The position numbers and the translations under genes were made by a program. The notes below the pieces were generated by a model. That model was given only the letters and a program-made list of their open reading frames with translations, was not told the DNA's origin and did not search any database. A stretch of DNA of 33,276 nt from an uncultured Candidatus Saccharibacteria bacterium. GTDB lineage: Bacteria; Patescibacteriota; Minisyncoccia; Minisyncoccales; PEYH01. Within the stretch, counting starts at the first letter, position 1. Every line of letters starts with the position of its first letter. Location of the stretch: the NCBI GenBank assembly GCA_964636195.1, contig CAZWQR010000001.1, forward strand, positions 1-33,276. The letters are read 5' to 3'. Shown here piece after piece: positions 24,032 through 32,518 of this stretch.

Positions 24032-24784
24032 TTACTCTTTGTCGGTTAGTTTTTTAAACCCTTCCAATATCTCTGTTGGCAGGGTGAAAATTACTGTTTT
24101 AGAGGGGTCTGGCTGAAGATTATCAATAGTTTCTAAGGTTCTTAAAGAAAGACCGCCTTTGGTTGAAGTAAGCAACTGGGCTGCTTTTTTTAATTTCTCA
24201 GAGGCCGCTACTTCACCCTCTGATTTTATAATAATAGCTCTTTTTTCTCTTTCAGCTTCTGCTTGAGCCGCCATAGCTCTTTTCATTCCGGCAGGCAGTT
24301 CAATATCCTGCATTTTAATGGCCGTAACATCTATACCCCAAAGGTCAGTTTCTGCATCTACCATCTGTTTAATGTCTTTAGCGATTTTCTCCCTTTCTGT
24401 TAAAAGAGAGTCTAATTCTACGCCTCCGATGATATCTCTTAAAGCAGCAAGAGCGTATTGGGAAACAGCGTATCTATAATCTTCAATTTCCAAGACAGCT
24501 GCTTCAGCTCTTTGGACCCGAAAATAGACAACGGCATTAACACCTACTGGCACATTGTCTTTGGTAATAGCTTCTTGCCTGGGCACGTCCACGGTAGTGA
24601 TTCTTAAGTCAACCTTTATCATTCTTTGGACGATAGGAAAAATCCAACGAAAGCCGGGATATTTGGTTTTTGTATATTTCCCAAAAGTAAGAATTACTCC
24701 TCTTTCATATTGATCAATGATTCTGATGCCCGAAAAAAAGAGGAACAAAACAATTACGATTAGGGTAAAGAATGGTCCCAACAT
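24032..24784 (-). CDS. SPFH/band-7 (stomatin-like) membrane protein
   Basis: N-terminal TM helix followed by ERGVILTFGKYTKTKYPGFRWIFPIV...VDLR...TKDNV, and a C-terminal AEAEREKRA coiled coil. Confidence 0.9.
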   Translation of the reverse strand: MLGPFFTLIVIVLFLFFSGIRIIDQYERGVILTFGKYTKTKYPGFRWIFPIVQRMIKVDLRITTVDVPRQEAITKDNVPVGVNAVVYFRVQRAEAAVLEIEDYRYAVSQYALAALRDIIGGVELDSLLTEREKIAKDIKQMVDAETDLWGIDVTAIKMQDIELPAGMKRAMAAQAEAEREKRAIIIKSEGEVAASEKLKKAAQLLTSTKGGLSLRTLETIDNLQPDPSKTVIFTLPTEILEGFKKLTDKE

Positions 24785-24793
24785 TTTTTTAAG

Positions 24794-26350
24794 TTAATTA
24801 TTTAATCTTTTTACCATATAAGTATCTTTAAGCCAATATCCAAGTTTTTGGTAATAATTTCTGACTCCGATTCCAGAAATTACAGCTAGCGCGTCCTTTT
24901 TAAACTCCTTTTTTGTAATTTTTTCTGCTTCTTTCATAAGTTTCTTGCCCAATCCCTTATGTTGGGGCGCTTTTTCTTTTTTAGTTAAAGAAACAAGTTG
25001 TCCGTAAGTGTGAAGTTCTCTTACGATAGCCGCTCCTTTTAAAACAGGCAAAACGGCCTCCGAGGGATTCCTTAATCTTAAAAGAGAGTAAAGCTTTGTC
25101 CTTTCTTTGTTTTCAAAACTCAAAAACACTTCCTCTCCCTGAGAAGCTTTGTATTTTTCTTTGAAAAGGTAGAGTTTTTCTTTAGGATTGTAATTTTCTT
25201 TTACTTCTCTGCATCTTATGCACTTGCAAGGCGTTTTTAATTTTTTCTGGACAATCTGTCTTAAGTTGCTGGTTTTTACTCCGCCCTCTATTATATAATC
25301 ACTTGGAATATCTCTCATAATCCGCTGAATTCTTACATAGTAGGGAACAAGCGCCTTTATTTTTGTTAAGAGTTCAATTAGCTCCTTTTTGCTATAGGGC
25401 TTAAAATTGTTTTTTTTATATTCTTTATAAAGCGGCGCTTCTTTTAAGAGGGCCAGGGGATAGATTTTTAAATAATCAGGCCTGAAGTCAGGATTTTTAA
25501 AAAGCTGCTTGAACATTTCAAGGTCTCTTTTTTTGTTAGAGCCCAAAAGATTTGGCATAACCTGATAGCAGACCTTAAAGCCAGTATCTTTTAACATTTT
25601 AGTTGCTTTTATGGTGGTTTCTACCGTATGTCCTCTTTTATTTTTTTCTAGAATATCGTTGTAAATACTTTGTACTCCTATTTCTACTCTAGTAATGCCC
25701 AGCTTTCTTAATCTTTTTATTTCTTTTTTATTGATAAAGTCAGGCCGCGTTTCAATAGTGATACCAATTATTCTTCTTTTAGCATTCTCGTTTGCTTTTT
25801 GGGCTTTTCGCAGGTTTTCTGCTTCTCTGCCATTGGCTGCGTTAAAACATTGTTTGATAAACCAGGTTTGATATTGGGGCGAGTAATAAGACCAAGTGCC
25901 TCCGATTATTCTTAGGTCTATTTTATCCACTGGATGGCCGTTTTTTTTCAGCGCCTCAATTCGGCTTTTCGTTTGTGTGAAAGGGTGGTAATTACACAGT
26001 ACGGCTCTGGCCACGGCCGGCTCTTTTTTTAAATAACTTTGAGGCGCATTTTCTTCTTTGGGGCAATAAATGCATTTTCCTGGACAGGGATAAGGCTTTG
26101 TTAAAACCGAGACAATAACAATACCCGACAGAGAGCGCACTTTTCTTAATCTTAAAGCCGCTTCTGTTTTTAAGTCCTTTTTAATTCTTTTTTCTTTTAC
26201 CAACTTGTGATAAGCTTCAAGTAATTGGGAGTTTTTAGGCATTCCCTTCAATTGTTTTTTGCTGAATTTTCTTTTTAAAGAATTTAAAAGCTTGCGGTTT
26301 TTGTTCGCTTTTTTGGAAAATTCAATTATTATTTTTTCTTCTATTGTCAT
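24794..26350 (-). CDS. elp3: Elp3-type radical SAM + GNAT tRNA U34 modification enzyme
   Basis: 518 aa. Basic N-terminus, radical SAM cluster motif KPYPCPGKCIYCP (CX3CX2C), RVEIGVQS, and a C-terminal GNAT region (VRELHTYG...HKGLGKKLM). Confidence 0.85.
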   Translation of the reverse strand: MTIEEKIIIEFSKKANKNRKLLNSLKRKFSKKQLKGMPKNSQLLEAYHKLVKEKRIKKDLKTEAALRLRKVRSLSGIVIVSVLTKPYPCPGKCIYCPKEENAPQSYLKKEPAVARAVLCNYHPFTQTKSRIEALKKNGHPVDKIDLRIIGGTWSYYSPQYQTWFIKQCFNAANGREAENLRKAQKANENAKRRIIGITIETRPDFINKKEIKRLRKLGITRVEIGVQSIYNDILEKNKRGHTVETTIKATKMLKDTGFKVCYQVMPNLLGSNKKRDLEMFKQLFKNPDFRPDYLKIYPLALLKEAPLYKEYKKNNFKPYSKKELIELLTKIKALVPYYVRIQRIMRDIPSDYIIEGGVKTSNLRQIVQKKLKTPCKCIRCREVKENYNPKEKLYLFKEKYKASQGEEVFLSFENKERTKLYSLLRLRNPSEAVLPVLKGAAIVRELHTYGQLVSLTKKEKAPQHKGLGKKLMKEAEKITKKEFKKDALAVISGIGVRNYYQKLGYWLKDTYMVKRLNN

Positions 26351-26351
26351 T

Positions 26352-27056
26352 ATGAAAGAAAATTATGCCAGACAATTATTAGCTAAGACCAAAAAGGATT
26401 ATAACCTGATTGCTAAGGAATTTTCAAATACTAGACAGAACCCTTGGCCAGAAACCAAATTCCTTTTTGACAAATATTTAAATCCTTTGGATAAGGTTTT
26501 AGATCTTGGCTGCGGCAATGGTCGTTTCTATCCCTTTTTTGAAAAGGTTAATTATTTAGGTATTGATTATTCCAAGGAGCTGATTAAATGTGCCAGAGAA
26601 AAATTTTCTCAAGCAGAATTTCAAGTGGCCGATGCTTTAAATATTCCTTTTAAAGACAATTCTTTTGATAAGGTATTCAGTATTGCTGTTTTTCACCACA
26701 TTCCTTCTAGGGCTTTGCAGCTTAAATTTTTAAAAGAAGCCAAAAGAGTTTTAAGGCCAAACGGTTTCTTTGTTTTGCTTGTCTGGAAGTTTCCTTTTAG
26801 AAAAGAAAAATTCTTCTTAATTAAGTTTACTATTTTAAAGCTTTTAAAGCTAACCAAATTAGATTTTAGAGATGTTTTAGAGCCTTGGGGTAAAAAGCTT
26901 TTAAGATACTATCATTTGTTTAATCAAAAAGAGTTAAGAAATTTGGCTAAAGAGGCTGGTTTTGTTATAGCGGATTTAGGCCTTATTAAAAATAGCAGAG
27001 GAAACCGAAAGAACTTTTATCTTGTTTTAAAGAAACCTTCGTCGTTTAATGGATAG
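26352..27056 (+). CDS. Trm9/ALKBH8-like class I SAM-dependent methyltransferase
   Basis: YNLIAKEFSNTRQNPWP, LDLGCGNGRF (SAM motif I), FSIAVFHHIPS, DVLEPW and RYYHLFNQKELRNLAKEAGF parallel, from memory, yeast Trm9 (YNEIAPHFSQTRYKPWP, DVGCGNGKY, ISIAVVHHWST, DVFVPW, RYYHLYREGEL). The start was chosen at ATG 26352. Confidence 0.65.
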   Translation: MKENYARQLLAKTKKDYNLIAKEFSNTRQNPWPETKFLFDKYLNPLDKVLDLGCGNGRFYPFFEKVNYLGIDYSKELIKCAREKFSQAEFQVADALNIPFKDNSFDKVFSIAVFHHIPSRALQLKFLKEAKRVLRPNGFFVLLVWKFPFRKEKFFLIKFTILKLLKLTKLDFRDVLEPWGKKLLRYYHLFNQKELRNLAKEAGFVIADLGLIKNSRGNRKNFYLVLKKPSSFNG

Positions 27057-27085
27057 AATATGGTTTTTTTGCTCGTCTAAGCCTT

Positions 27086-27157
27086 GCCCCTGTAGTTCAA
27101 TGGATAGAATGGAAGCTTCCGGAGCTTCAGATATAGGTTCGAATCCTATCAGGGGCA
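27086..27157 (+). tRNA. tRNA-Arg (anticodon CCG), no encoded CCA
   Basis: Hand-folded cloverleaf. Acceptor GCCCCTG/CAGGGGC, D stem GTTC/GAAT, anticodon stem GAAGC/GCTTC with loop TTCCGGA, 4-nt variable region, T stem ATAGG/CCTAT with loop TTCGAAT, discriminator A. Confidence 0.9.
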
Positions 27158-27192
27158 TTATTATTAAGCTTTCTGATTTTTGCTGAGAACAC

Positions 27193-27229
27193 AAAAAAGA
27201 GGGGGCTGTTGGTTAAGCCGTAAGCCCTC
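27193..27229 (-). terminator. Orphan terminator-like hairpin readable on the minus strand
   Basis: The minus strand reads GAGGGCT..AGCCCCCTC followed by TTTTTT (forward A6 at 27193-27198). The only minus-strand coding candidate upstream of it is a 23-codon ORF (27299..27228). Confidence 0.3.
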
Positions 27230-27335
27230 AAACGGCTATGCGCTCGGTAGTTTCTTCTTTTTGATTTCTATTAAGAGTCAACAAAATCAACGGGCTCATG
27301 GCTAAAAACCCTTTTTTATGATATATTAAAAGAAC

Positions 27336-27569
27336 ATGGATATGGAGAAACAAAATATATATGGTTATTGGGTGATTTTTGAGAAGGGAGCAAGAGAAGG
27401 AGTTCGTTATTTAAGATATGATTTACAAAGAGCAGAAGCCAAGACTCTGTTTGAGGCAGCCAGGGCTCAGGGTGATGCTGAGTTTGAAGATGACTATGAC
27501 CGTGATTGGACTCTTCGTTATAATAGGGGCGAGGGCACCTATGTTTTAATTCGAAGACAAAGAGAATAA
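27336..27569 (+). CDS. Hypothetical 77-aa protein, Arg/Glu/Tyr-rich compositional outlier
   Basis: Open frame with 11 Arg against 3 Lys, whereas neighbouring proteins are Lys-rich. TGaTATATT (27319-27327) lies 8 nt upstream of the ATG. I recognise no family. Confidence 0.5.
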   Translation: MDMEKQNIYGYWVIFEKGAREGVRYLRYDLQRAEAKTLFEAARAQGDAEFEDDYDRDWTLRYNRGEGTYVLIRRQRE

Positions 27570-27604
27570 AGGTCGTTTAATTATTCAATTTTTTAAATAA
27601 TATT

Positions 27605-27871
27605 ATGTCAGAGCAAGAGGTTGAAGGAAAACTTATCGGCAAGATAACTCATTATTTTGATCATATCCAAGTGGCGGTTATTTCTTTGGAAGCTGCCTTA
27701 AAGCAAGATGACATTATTAGAATTGTTGGCGGCGATGTTGATTTTGAACAACCCGTTGATTCAATGGAGGTGGAGCACAAAAAGATTACCAAAGCAAAGA
27801 AAGGTGATGAAGTTGGCTTAAAAGTAAAGGAGAAAGTGAGGAGCGGTTACAGAGTTTATAAGATAGAGTAA
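27605..27871 (+). CDS. Stand-alone EF-Tu domain-2-like beta-barrel protein (translation elongation factor-like protein)
   Basis: IGKITHYFDHIQVAVISLEAALKQDDIIRIVG...FEQPVDSMEVEHKKITKAKKGDEVGLKVKEKVRSGYRVYK matches the small translation-factor-like barrel family as I recall it. Confidence 0.55.
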   Translation: MSEQEVEGKLIGKITHYFDHIQVAVISLEAALKQDDIIRIVGGDVDFEQPVDSMEVEHKKITKAKKGDEVGLKVKEKVRSGYRVYKIE

Positions 27872-27882
27872 AAAAAAGAAGG

Positions 27883-29001
27883 ATGTCTAATTTTTTGAAG
27901 GCCCTTTCGGTTTTTGTGGGTACGGTTATTGGGGTAGGAATTTTTGGTCTACCTTGGGTTGCTTTTAAAAGCGGCTTTTTTGTTTTGTTTTTTTATTTTT
28001 TAATAATAGGGGCACTGGCTTTAGTGGTTCATCTTCTGCTTGCCGATATAGTGCTGGGCACTAAGGAGCACCACCGTTTTCCGGGATATGCTTATCTTTA
28101 TTTAGGGAAAAAATGGGGCAGATTTTCCTTATTCAATATGTGCTTTGGCCTTTTGGGCGCTCAGCTGGCTTATCTAATCGTTGGTGGCGTTTTTCTACAA
28201 GGTCTTGTCTCTCCAGTATTTGGAGGCAGTACGCTTTTGTACACGCTGATCTTTTTTCTTTTGGGCAGTTTTTTAATTTATAGGGGTATTAAAGGCATTG
28301 CCGTAACAGAGTTTTTGGTTTTGATTTTCCTGTTTTTCTTGCTTTTGTTTTTTTCTTTTAAAGCCTTTCCTAAAGTCGAACTTTCGAACTATCTTAATTT
28401 TAATTTAGAAAATTTAATTTTACCCTATGGGGTGGTGGCTTTTGCTCTTTGGGGTTCATCTATTTTGCCTGAAGTAAAAGAAGTGCTCAGCGGGGAAAGA
28501 AAAGAGCTAAGAAGAGTGATTTATTTAGGCATTTCTATCGCAACCCTCGTTTATTTGATTTTTGCCTTTTTAGTTCTGGGAGTTTCGGGCCCAAGCACCA
28601 CAGAAGACGCTTTTTCTGGTTTAAGCCATAAATTGGGGAGCAATATCGTTAGCTTTGGGTTTTTATTTGGTCTAATAACTTGTTTTAGTTCTTTTTTAAC
28701 TATTGGTTTGACTCTAAAAAAAGTTTTTCTTTATGATTTGTACTTTTCAGAACGGCTTTCTTGGTCGCTAGCCTGTTTTTTGCCTTTAATTATGTATCTC
28801 ATTGGTTTAAGAAAGTTTATTGAGGTTATTGGCTTAAGCGGCGCTTTGGCTGTTGGCTTGGAGGGTTTTGTTATGGTTTTAATTTATCGCGCCTATCTTT
28901 TAAAAAAAGAGAAAAGACGAATGAATCCTTTATATTTTCTCGTTTCCTTATTCTTTTTTTTGGGCGCTCTGGCAGAAATTTACTACTTTTTCTTTTGTTA
29001 A
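27883..29001 (+). CDS. Amino acid permease-like transporter (about 11 TM)
   Basis: Polytopic membrane protein of 372 aa. The N-terminus VFVGTVIGVGIFGLPWVAFKSG resembles amino-acid/aromatic permease families. Confidence 0.5.
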   Translation: MSNFLKALSVFVGTVIGVGIFGLPWVAFKSGFFVLFFYFLIIGALALVVHLLLADIVLGTKEHHRFPGYAYLYLGKKWGRFSLFNMCFGLLGAQLAYLIVGGVFLQGLVSPVFGGSTLLYTLIFFLLGSFLIYRGIKGIAVTEFLVLIFLFFLLLFFSFKAFPKVELSNYLNFNLENLILPYGVVAFALWGSSILPEVKEVLSGERKELRRVIYLGISIATLVYLIFAFLVLGVSGPSTTEDAFSGLSHKLGSNIVSFGFLFGLITCFSSFLTIGLTLKKVFLYDLYFSERLSWSLACFLPLIMYLIGLRKFIEVIGLSGALAVGLEGFVMVLIYRAYLLKKEKRRMNPLYFLVSLFFFLGALAEIYYFFFC

Positions 29002-29043
29002 GCCTGTTCTTGACAAACAACTTAATGAGAGTAACATAATTAG

Positions 29044-29052
29044 TGTTATAAT
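29044..29052 (+). promoter_or_regulatory. Extended -10 element (TGtTATAAT) upstream of greA
   Basis: Exact TGnTATAAT match 12 nt before ATG 29065. A TTGACA at 29010-29015 is too far away to be its -35. Confidence 0.3.
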
Positions 29053-29064
29053 TTTCTATTTTTT

Positions 29065-29538
29065 ATGGAAGATGAGGGCAAACAATATCTTACCAAAGAG
29101 GGGTTAAATAAGATTGAGAGAGAGCTCCAAAAGCTCAAGCAGGCAATGGAAAAAAAGAAAAAAGAAGAGGGAGTTGCACCTTATTCTCAGGGTATTGATT
29201 CTGAGTTCGCCACCTTTCAAGAAGACTTGAATTTATTAGAAGCTAGGATTGCTGAGTTAGAAAATATTTTAAAAAATTATGCCTTAATAACTCCTCCAGC
29301 TAAGCGCAAAGCGAATATTGTTGAGCTGGGAGCTACGGTTGTAGTGGAGGTTGAGGGCCAGAAAGATGAATTTACTATTGTAGGGCCTTTTGAGGCCAAC
29401 CCAATGATGGGAAAAATCAGTTATAAATCTCCGGTTGGCAGTGCTCTTCTGGGCAGTAAAAAGGGAGAAAAAGTAACGGTGCAGTCAGCAGTAAAGACAA
29501 CTTACATTATTAAGAAAGTTATCTATAAACGACTTTAA
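29065..29538 (+). CDS. greA: Transcription elongation factor GreA
   Basis: N-terminal coiled coil (LTKEGLNKIERELQKLK) and a C-terminal FKBP-like domain (ISYKSPVGSALLGSKKGEKVTV...YIIKKV). Confidence 0.88.
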   Translation: MEDEGKQYLTKEGLNKIERELQKLKQAMEKKKKEEGVAPYSQGIDSEFATFQEDLNLLEARIAELENILKNYALITPPAKRKANIVELGATVVVEVEGQKDEFTIVGPFEANPMMGKISYKSPVGSALLGSKKGEKVTVQSAVKTTYIIKKVIYKRL

Positions 29539-29545
29539 TCATGTT

Positions 29546-29570
29546 AGAAGAGGGCATTCAGCTCTCTTTT
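29546..29570 (+). terminator. Possible weak terminator after greA
   Basis: GAGGGC-attca-GCTCTC (one G-U pair) followed by TTTT. Confidence 0.35.
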
Positions 29571-29580
29571 ATGTCTTAAA

Positions 29581-30855
29581 ATGAGAGCTTTATTAAATTT
29601 TTTTTTAAAGTTAGAAAAGTTAAAAACCAACAGAAGAAAAGGTTGGTCTCTTTATAAAATAAAAGACCCCTCTTCTACAGCTGATCATATTTTCAGGGCA
29701 GCTATTTTGGCTTGGATTTTAAATAAACAAAAAGGGTTAGATGAAGGCAGGGTGATTAAAACACTTTTGGTCCACCATCTGCCAGATATTTCTTTAGGAG
29801 AACAGAGTCCCTATGAGAAGCTATTGCCAAAGCATTTGGTGCCTGAAAAAAGAGGCAGCAGCATTTTTCAGCTTGCTTTAGGCGCTCAAAACAGGCAAGA
29901 GATACAGAGACGAGGCCAAGAGCAGAGGGCGATGAAAAGAGTTGTTTCTCGCCTGCCCAAGGAGTTTAAAGAGGAAATAGTAAGCTTATGGCAAGGCTAT
30001 AGTAATCAAAAAAGCAAAATAGCGAAATTTACTTGGCAAATAGGCAAAACAGAAAGTTATTTACAAGCTCTAGAATATTGGAAAAGTGAAGATAAAATCG
30101 AGCAGAAGTTTTGGACTCGTTGGGCAAAAAAGTATTTGAGAGACCCTTTAATTATTAAATTTAGGAGAGAAATAGATCATCTTTTTTTGAGCCGCAAGAG
30201 AAAGTGCGATGAAAGAAGAATGTGCGATATACTGGATTTTATCATTGAGACAGGAGAATTAAAGCGATTGAAAAGGAGGGGTTGGGTCTTGTCAGCAGTA
30301 AAGAGGCCCGAAAGTGTTGCCCAGCACACTTTTCAGATGACTATGATTGCCTGGGCAATTGGACAGTTGAAAGGGTTAGATACAGATAGAGTTGTAAAAA
30401 TCGCTTTAGCTCATGATTTGTGTGAAGTTTATGCCGGAGACCAAACTCCCTACGATCCCATTCTTACCGATTCTGCTAAAACTAATAAAAAATTAGCTTC
30501 TAAGCCGCCTAGGTTGCCTTATCTTCAAAAAATGGAATGGCTAATTAAGAAAAAGGACGAAGAGTGGAAGGCTTTAGTAAAGCTAACTTCTCGCTTGGCA
30601 AAAGGATGGCAGGAAGAGCTTGTGGGCTTGTGGGTTGATTTTGAGGAAGGCCTTACCAAAGAAGGCAGATTTGTTTACCAGGTTGATAAGTTGGTAAATC
30701 TTATCCAGGCAATTGAATATTGGAAAAAAGATAAAAATTTTCCTATTAATCGTTGGTGGGTTGATATTAAAGAAAGAATAGATGATTCTGATTTATTGAA
30801 GCTTGTAAAAGAACTTGATAAATATTATTCCACGCTTGAGAAGAATAAAAGGTAA
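29581..30855 (+). CDS. Tandem (duplicated) YfbR-type HD-domain phosphohydrolase
   Basis: There are two homologous halves. The C-terminal half keeps ESVAQHTF, LAHDLCEVYAGDQTPYD and YQVDKL. The N-terminal half has SSTADHIF, LVHHLPDISLGEQSPYE and WQIGKT, so it has lost the HD Asp and the later Asp. Confidence 0.75.
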   Translation: MRALLNFFLKLEKLKTNRRKGWSLYKIKDPSSTADHIFRAAILAWILNKQKGLDEGRVIKTLLVHHLPDISLGEQSPYEKLLPKHLVPEKRGSSIFQLALGAQNRQEIQRRGQEQRAMKRVVSRLPKEFKEEIVSLWQGYSNQKSKIAKFTWQIGKTESYLQALEYWKSEDKIEQKFWTRWAKKYLRDPLIIKFRREIDHLFLSRKRKCDERRMCDILDFIIETGELKRLKRRGWVLSAVKRPESVAQHTFQMTMIAWAIGQLKGLDTDRVVKIALAHDLCEVYAGDQTPYDPILTDSAKTNKKLASKPPRLPYLQKMEWLIKKKDEEWKALVKLTSRLAKGWQEELVGLWVDFEEGLTKEGRFVYQVDKLVNLIQAIEYWKKDKNFPINRWWVDIKERIDDSDLLKLVKELDKYYSTLEKNKR

Positions 30856-30874
30856 GTTTGAAAAATTTTTGAAG

Positions 30875-30896
30875 AGCCATAATGTATGGCTTTTTA
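30875..30896 (+). terminator. Rho-independent terminator after the HD gene
   Basis: AGCCATA-atg-TATGGCT perfect 7-bp stem followed by TTTTAATTT. Confidence 0.55.
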
Positions 30897-30918
30897 ATTT
30901 GTGATAGAATAAAAAAAT

Positions 30919-31866
30919 ATGATTAATCAAGAGATTGCCAATGTTTTATTTGAAATCGGCTATTTCCTGGAAATGGAAGAGGCGGCTTTCAGGCCTCAGG
31001 CTTATGAAAGAGCAGCCATTGCTTTAGAGAATTTGAAAGAAGACGTTTCTGCTATTTATCAAAGAGGCGGCAAAAAGGAATTAGTAAAAATTCCAGGCAT
31101 TGGCGAAAGTATTGCTGAAAAAATTGAAGAATATTTAAAAACAGGGAAAATAGAATATTACGAGAAGTGGAAGAAAAAGGTGCCCGTTGATATAGAGGCC
31201 TTAATGTCTATTGAAGGCGTAGGCCCAAAGAGTATTAAGACCTTTTATCAAAAGCTAGGGATAACCAATCTAGAAGAACTGAAGCAAGCCGCCAAGCAAG
31301 GGAAAATTCAAAAACTTTTTGGTTTTGGGGAAAAATCGGAGAAAGCTATATTAGAAAACATTGCTTTATTAAGGGCCTCCAAAAAGAGAGAATCTTTTGA
31401 AAAAGTTTTTCCGTTAGCAAGAGATATTAGAGCTAAGCTTAATAAATTGAAATCAGTTAAAAGAGCTGTTCTAGCCGGTTCTTTGCGCAGAAGAGAGGAT
31501 ACCATCGGCGATATTGATATTTTAGTGGTTGCCGCAGATCCTAAGAAAGTAATAAACTATTTTACTAATTTGCCCCAAGTGGCTAGGGTCTGGGGGAAAG
31601 GAGAAACCAAGGCCTCAATTAGATTAAAGCAGGGCATAGACGCTGATTTAAGACTAATTCCAGAAGCCTCTTATGGCGCTGCTCTTTTGTATTTTACCGG
31701 GCCTAAGGATTATAATATTAAATTGAGAAAAATTGCTATTACTAAAGGTTATAAATTAAATGAATATGGGCTTTTTAAAGGAAAGAAGTTTTTGGCTGGC
31801 AAAACAGAGAGGGAAATTTATAAAAAATTGGGTCTTAAATATATTCCTCCCGGAAAAAGAGATTAG
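30919..31866 (+). CDS. Family X DNA polymerase core (Pol beta-like), no PHP domain
   Basis: HhH motifs IPGIGESIAEKI and IEGVGPKSI. Catalytic GSLRRREDTIGDIDILV plus DADLRLI. YGAALLYFTGPKDYN. The protein ends at YIPPGKRD, where, as I recall, longer bacterial PolX proteins continue (IPPELRE) into the PHP domain. Confidence 0.85.
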   Translation: MINQEIANVLFEIGYFLEMEEAAFRPQAYERAAIALENLKEDVSAIYQRGGKKELVKIPGIGESIAEKIEEYLKTGKIEYYEKWKKKVPVDIEALMSIEGVGPKSIKTFYQKLGITNLEELKQAAKQGKIQKLFGFGEKSEKAILENIALLRASKKRESFEKVFPLARDIRAKLNKLKSVKRAVLAGSLRRREDTIGDIDILVVAADPKKVINYFTNLPQVARVWGKGETKASIRLKQGIDADLRLIPEASYGAALLYFTGPKDYNIKLRKIAITKGYKLNEYGLFKGKKFLAGKTEREIYKKLGLKYIPPGKRD

Positions 31867-31902
31867 ACCTTTTTCTAGCTTTTGCTAAGATATTAAAACA
31901 TT

Positions 31903-32322
31903 ATGGAAACATCCGTTGGCGCGATAATTTATAGCAAGCAAGGGGAGGAAGAAGCAAAATTCCTCCTTCTTCATTACCCTGGTACCAAGAGGGATTATTG
32001 GGGTTTTGCTAAGGGCCACATGGAACAGGGAGAAAACGAGACAGAGACCTTAAGAAGAGAAATTGAAGAAGAGACTGGATTAAAAGATTTGGCCATTATG
32101 CCTAATTTTAGAAAAGAGATTAGGTATTTTTTTCATCTTCAAGACAGAACAATTTTCAAAAAGGTAATCTTTTATTTAGTGAAAGTTCAAGAGCAAAAGA
32201 TTCAGCTTTCTCACGAACATATTGGCTATAAATGGCTTTCTTTTAAGGAGGCCCTAAAACAATTAAGTTTTTATGGTCCCAAAAAGGTCTTAAAAAGGGC
32301 TAACAAATATTTAACAAAATAG
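31903..32322 (+). CDS. Nudix hydrolase (canonical Nudix box)
   Basis: GHMEQGENETETLRREIEEETGL is a perfect Gx5Ex7REUxEExGU. 139 aa. Confidence 0.88.
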   Translation: METSVGAIIYSKQGEEEAKFLLLHYPGTKRDYWGFAKGHMEQGENETETLRREIEEETGLKDLAIMPNFRKEIRYFFHLQDRTIFKKVIFYLVKVQEQKIQLSHEHIGYKWLSFKEALKQLSFYGPKKVLKRANKYLTK

Positions 32323-32518
32323 CGCATGTTGCCTTTGATTGAAATCAAGAAAAGGAATTTTAATAAGCATCAAAGAGTTATCGGGCCATTTTTTAGGGAG
32401 ATTAAAAGCCAGCCGGCAGATAATTTCTTTAAGAAGATAGTTTTTTAATTTGACCAAAGAGACACATAATGCCTCGGTTTTTAAGAGATTATTTAAAGCT
32501 TTTTAAAGAACTAACTTA

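Noticed and set aside
27086-29001. Integrated mobile element at the tRNA-Arg gene
   Set aside because: By eye I found no downstream direct repeat of the tRNA 3' end (…GGTTCGAATCCTATCAGGGGCA). No integrase, recombinase or phage-like genes follow. Only the 77-aa gene is compositionally odd.
30875-30891. dif-like XerC/D site suggested by CATAATGTAT
   Set aside because: Only a 10-nt resemblance to the central part of dif was seen. The sequence is fully explained as a 7-bp-stem terminator hairpin (AGCCATA-atg-TATGGCT) plus T-tract.
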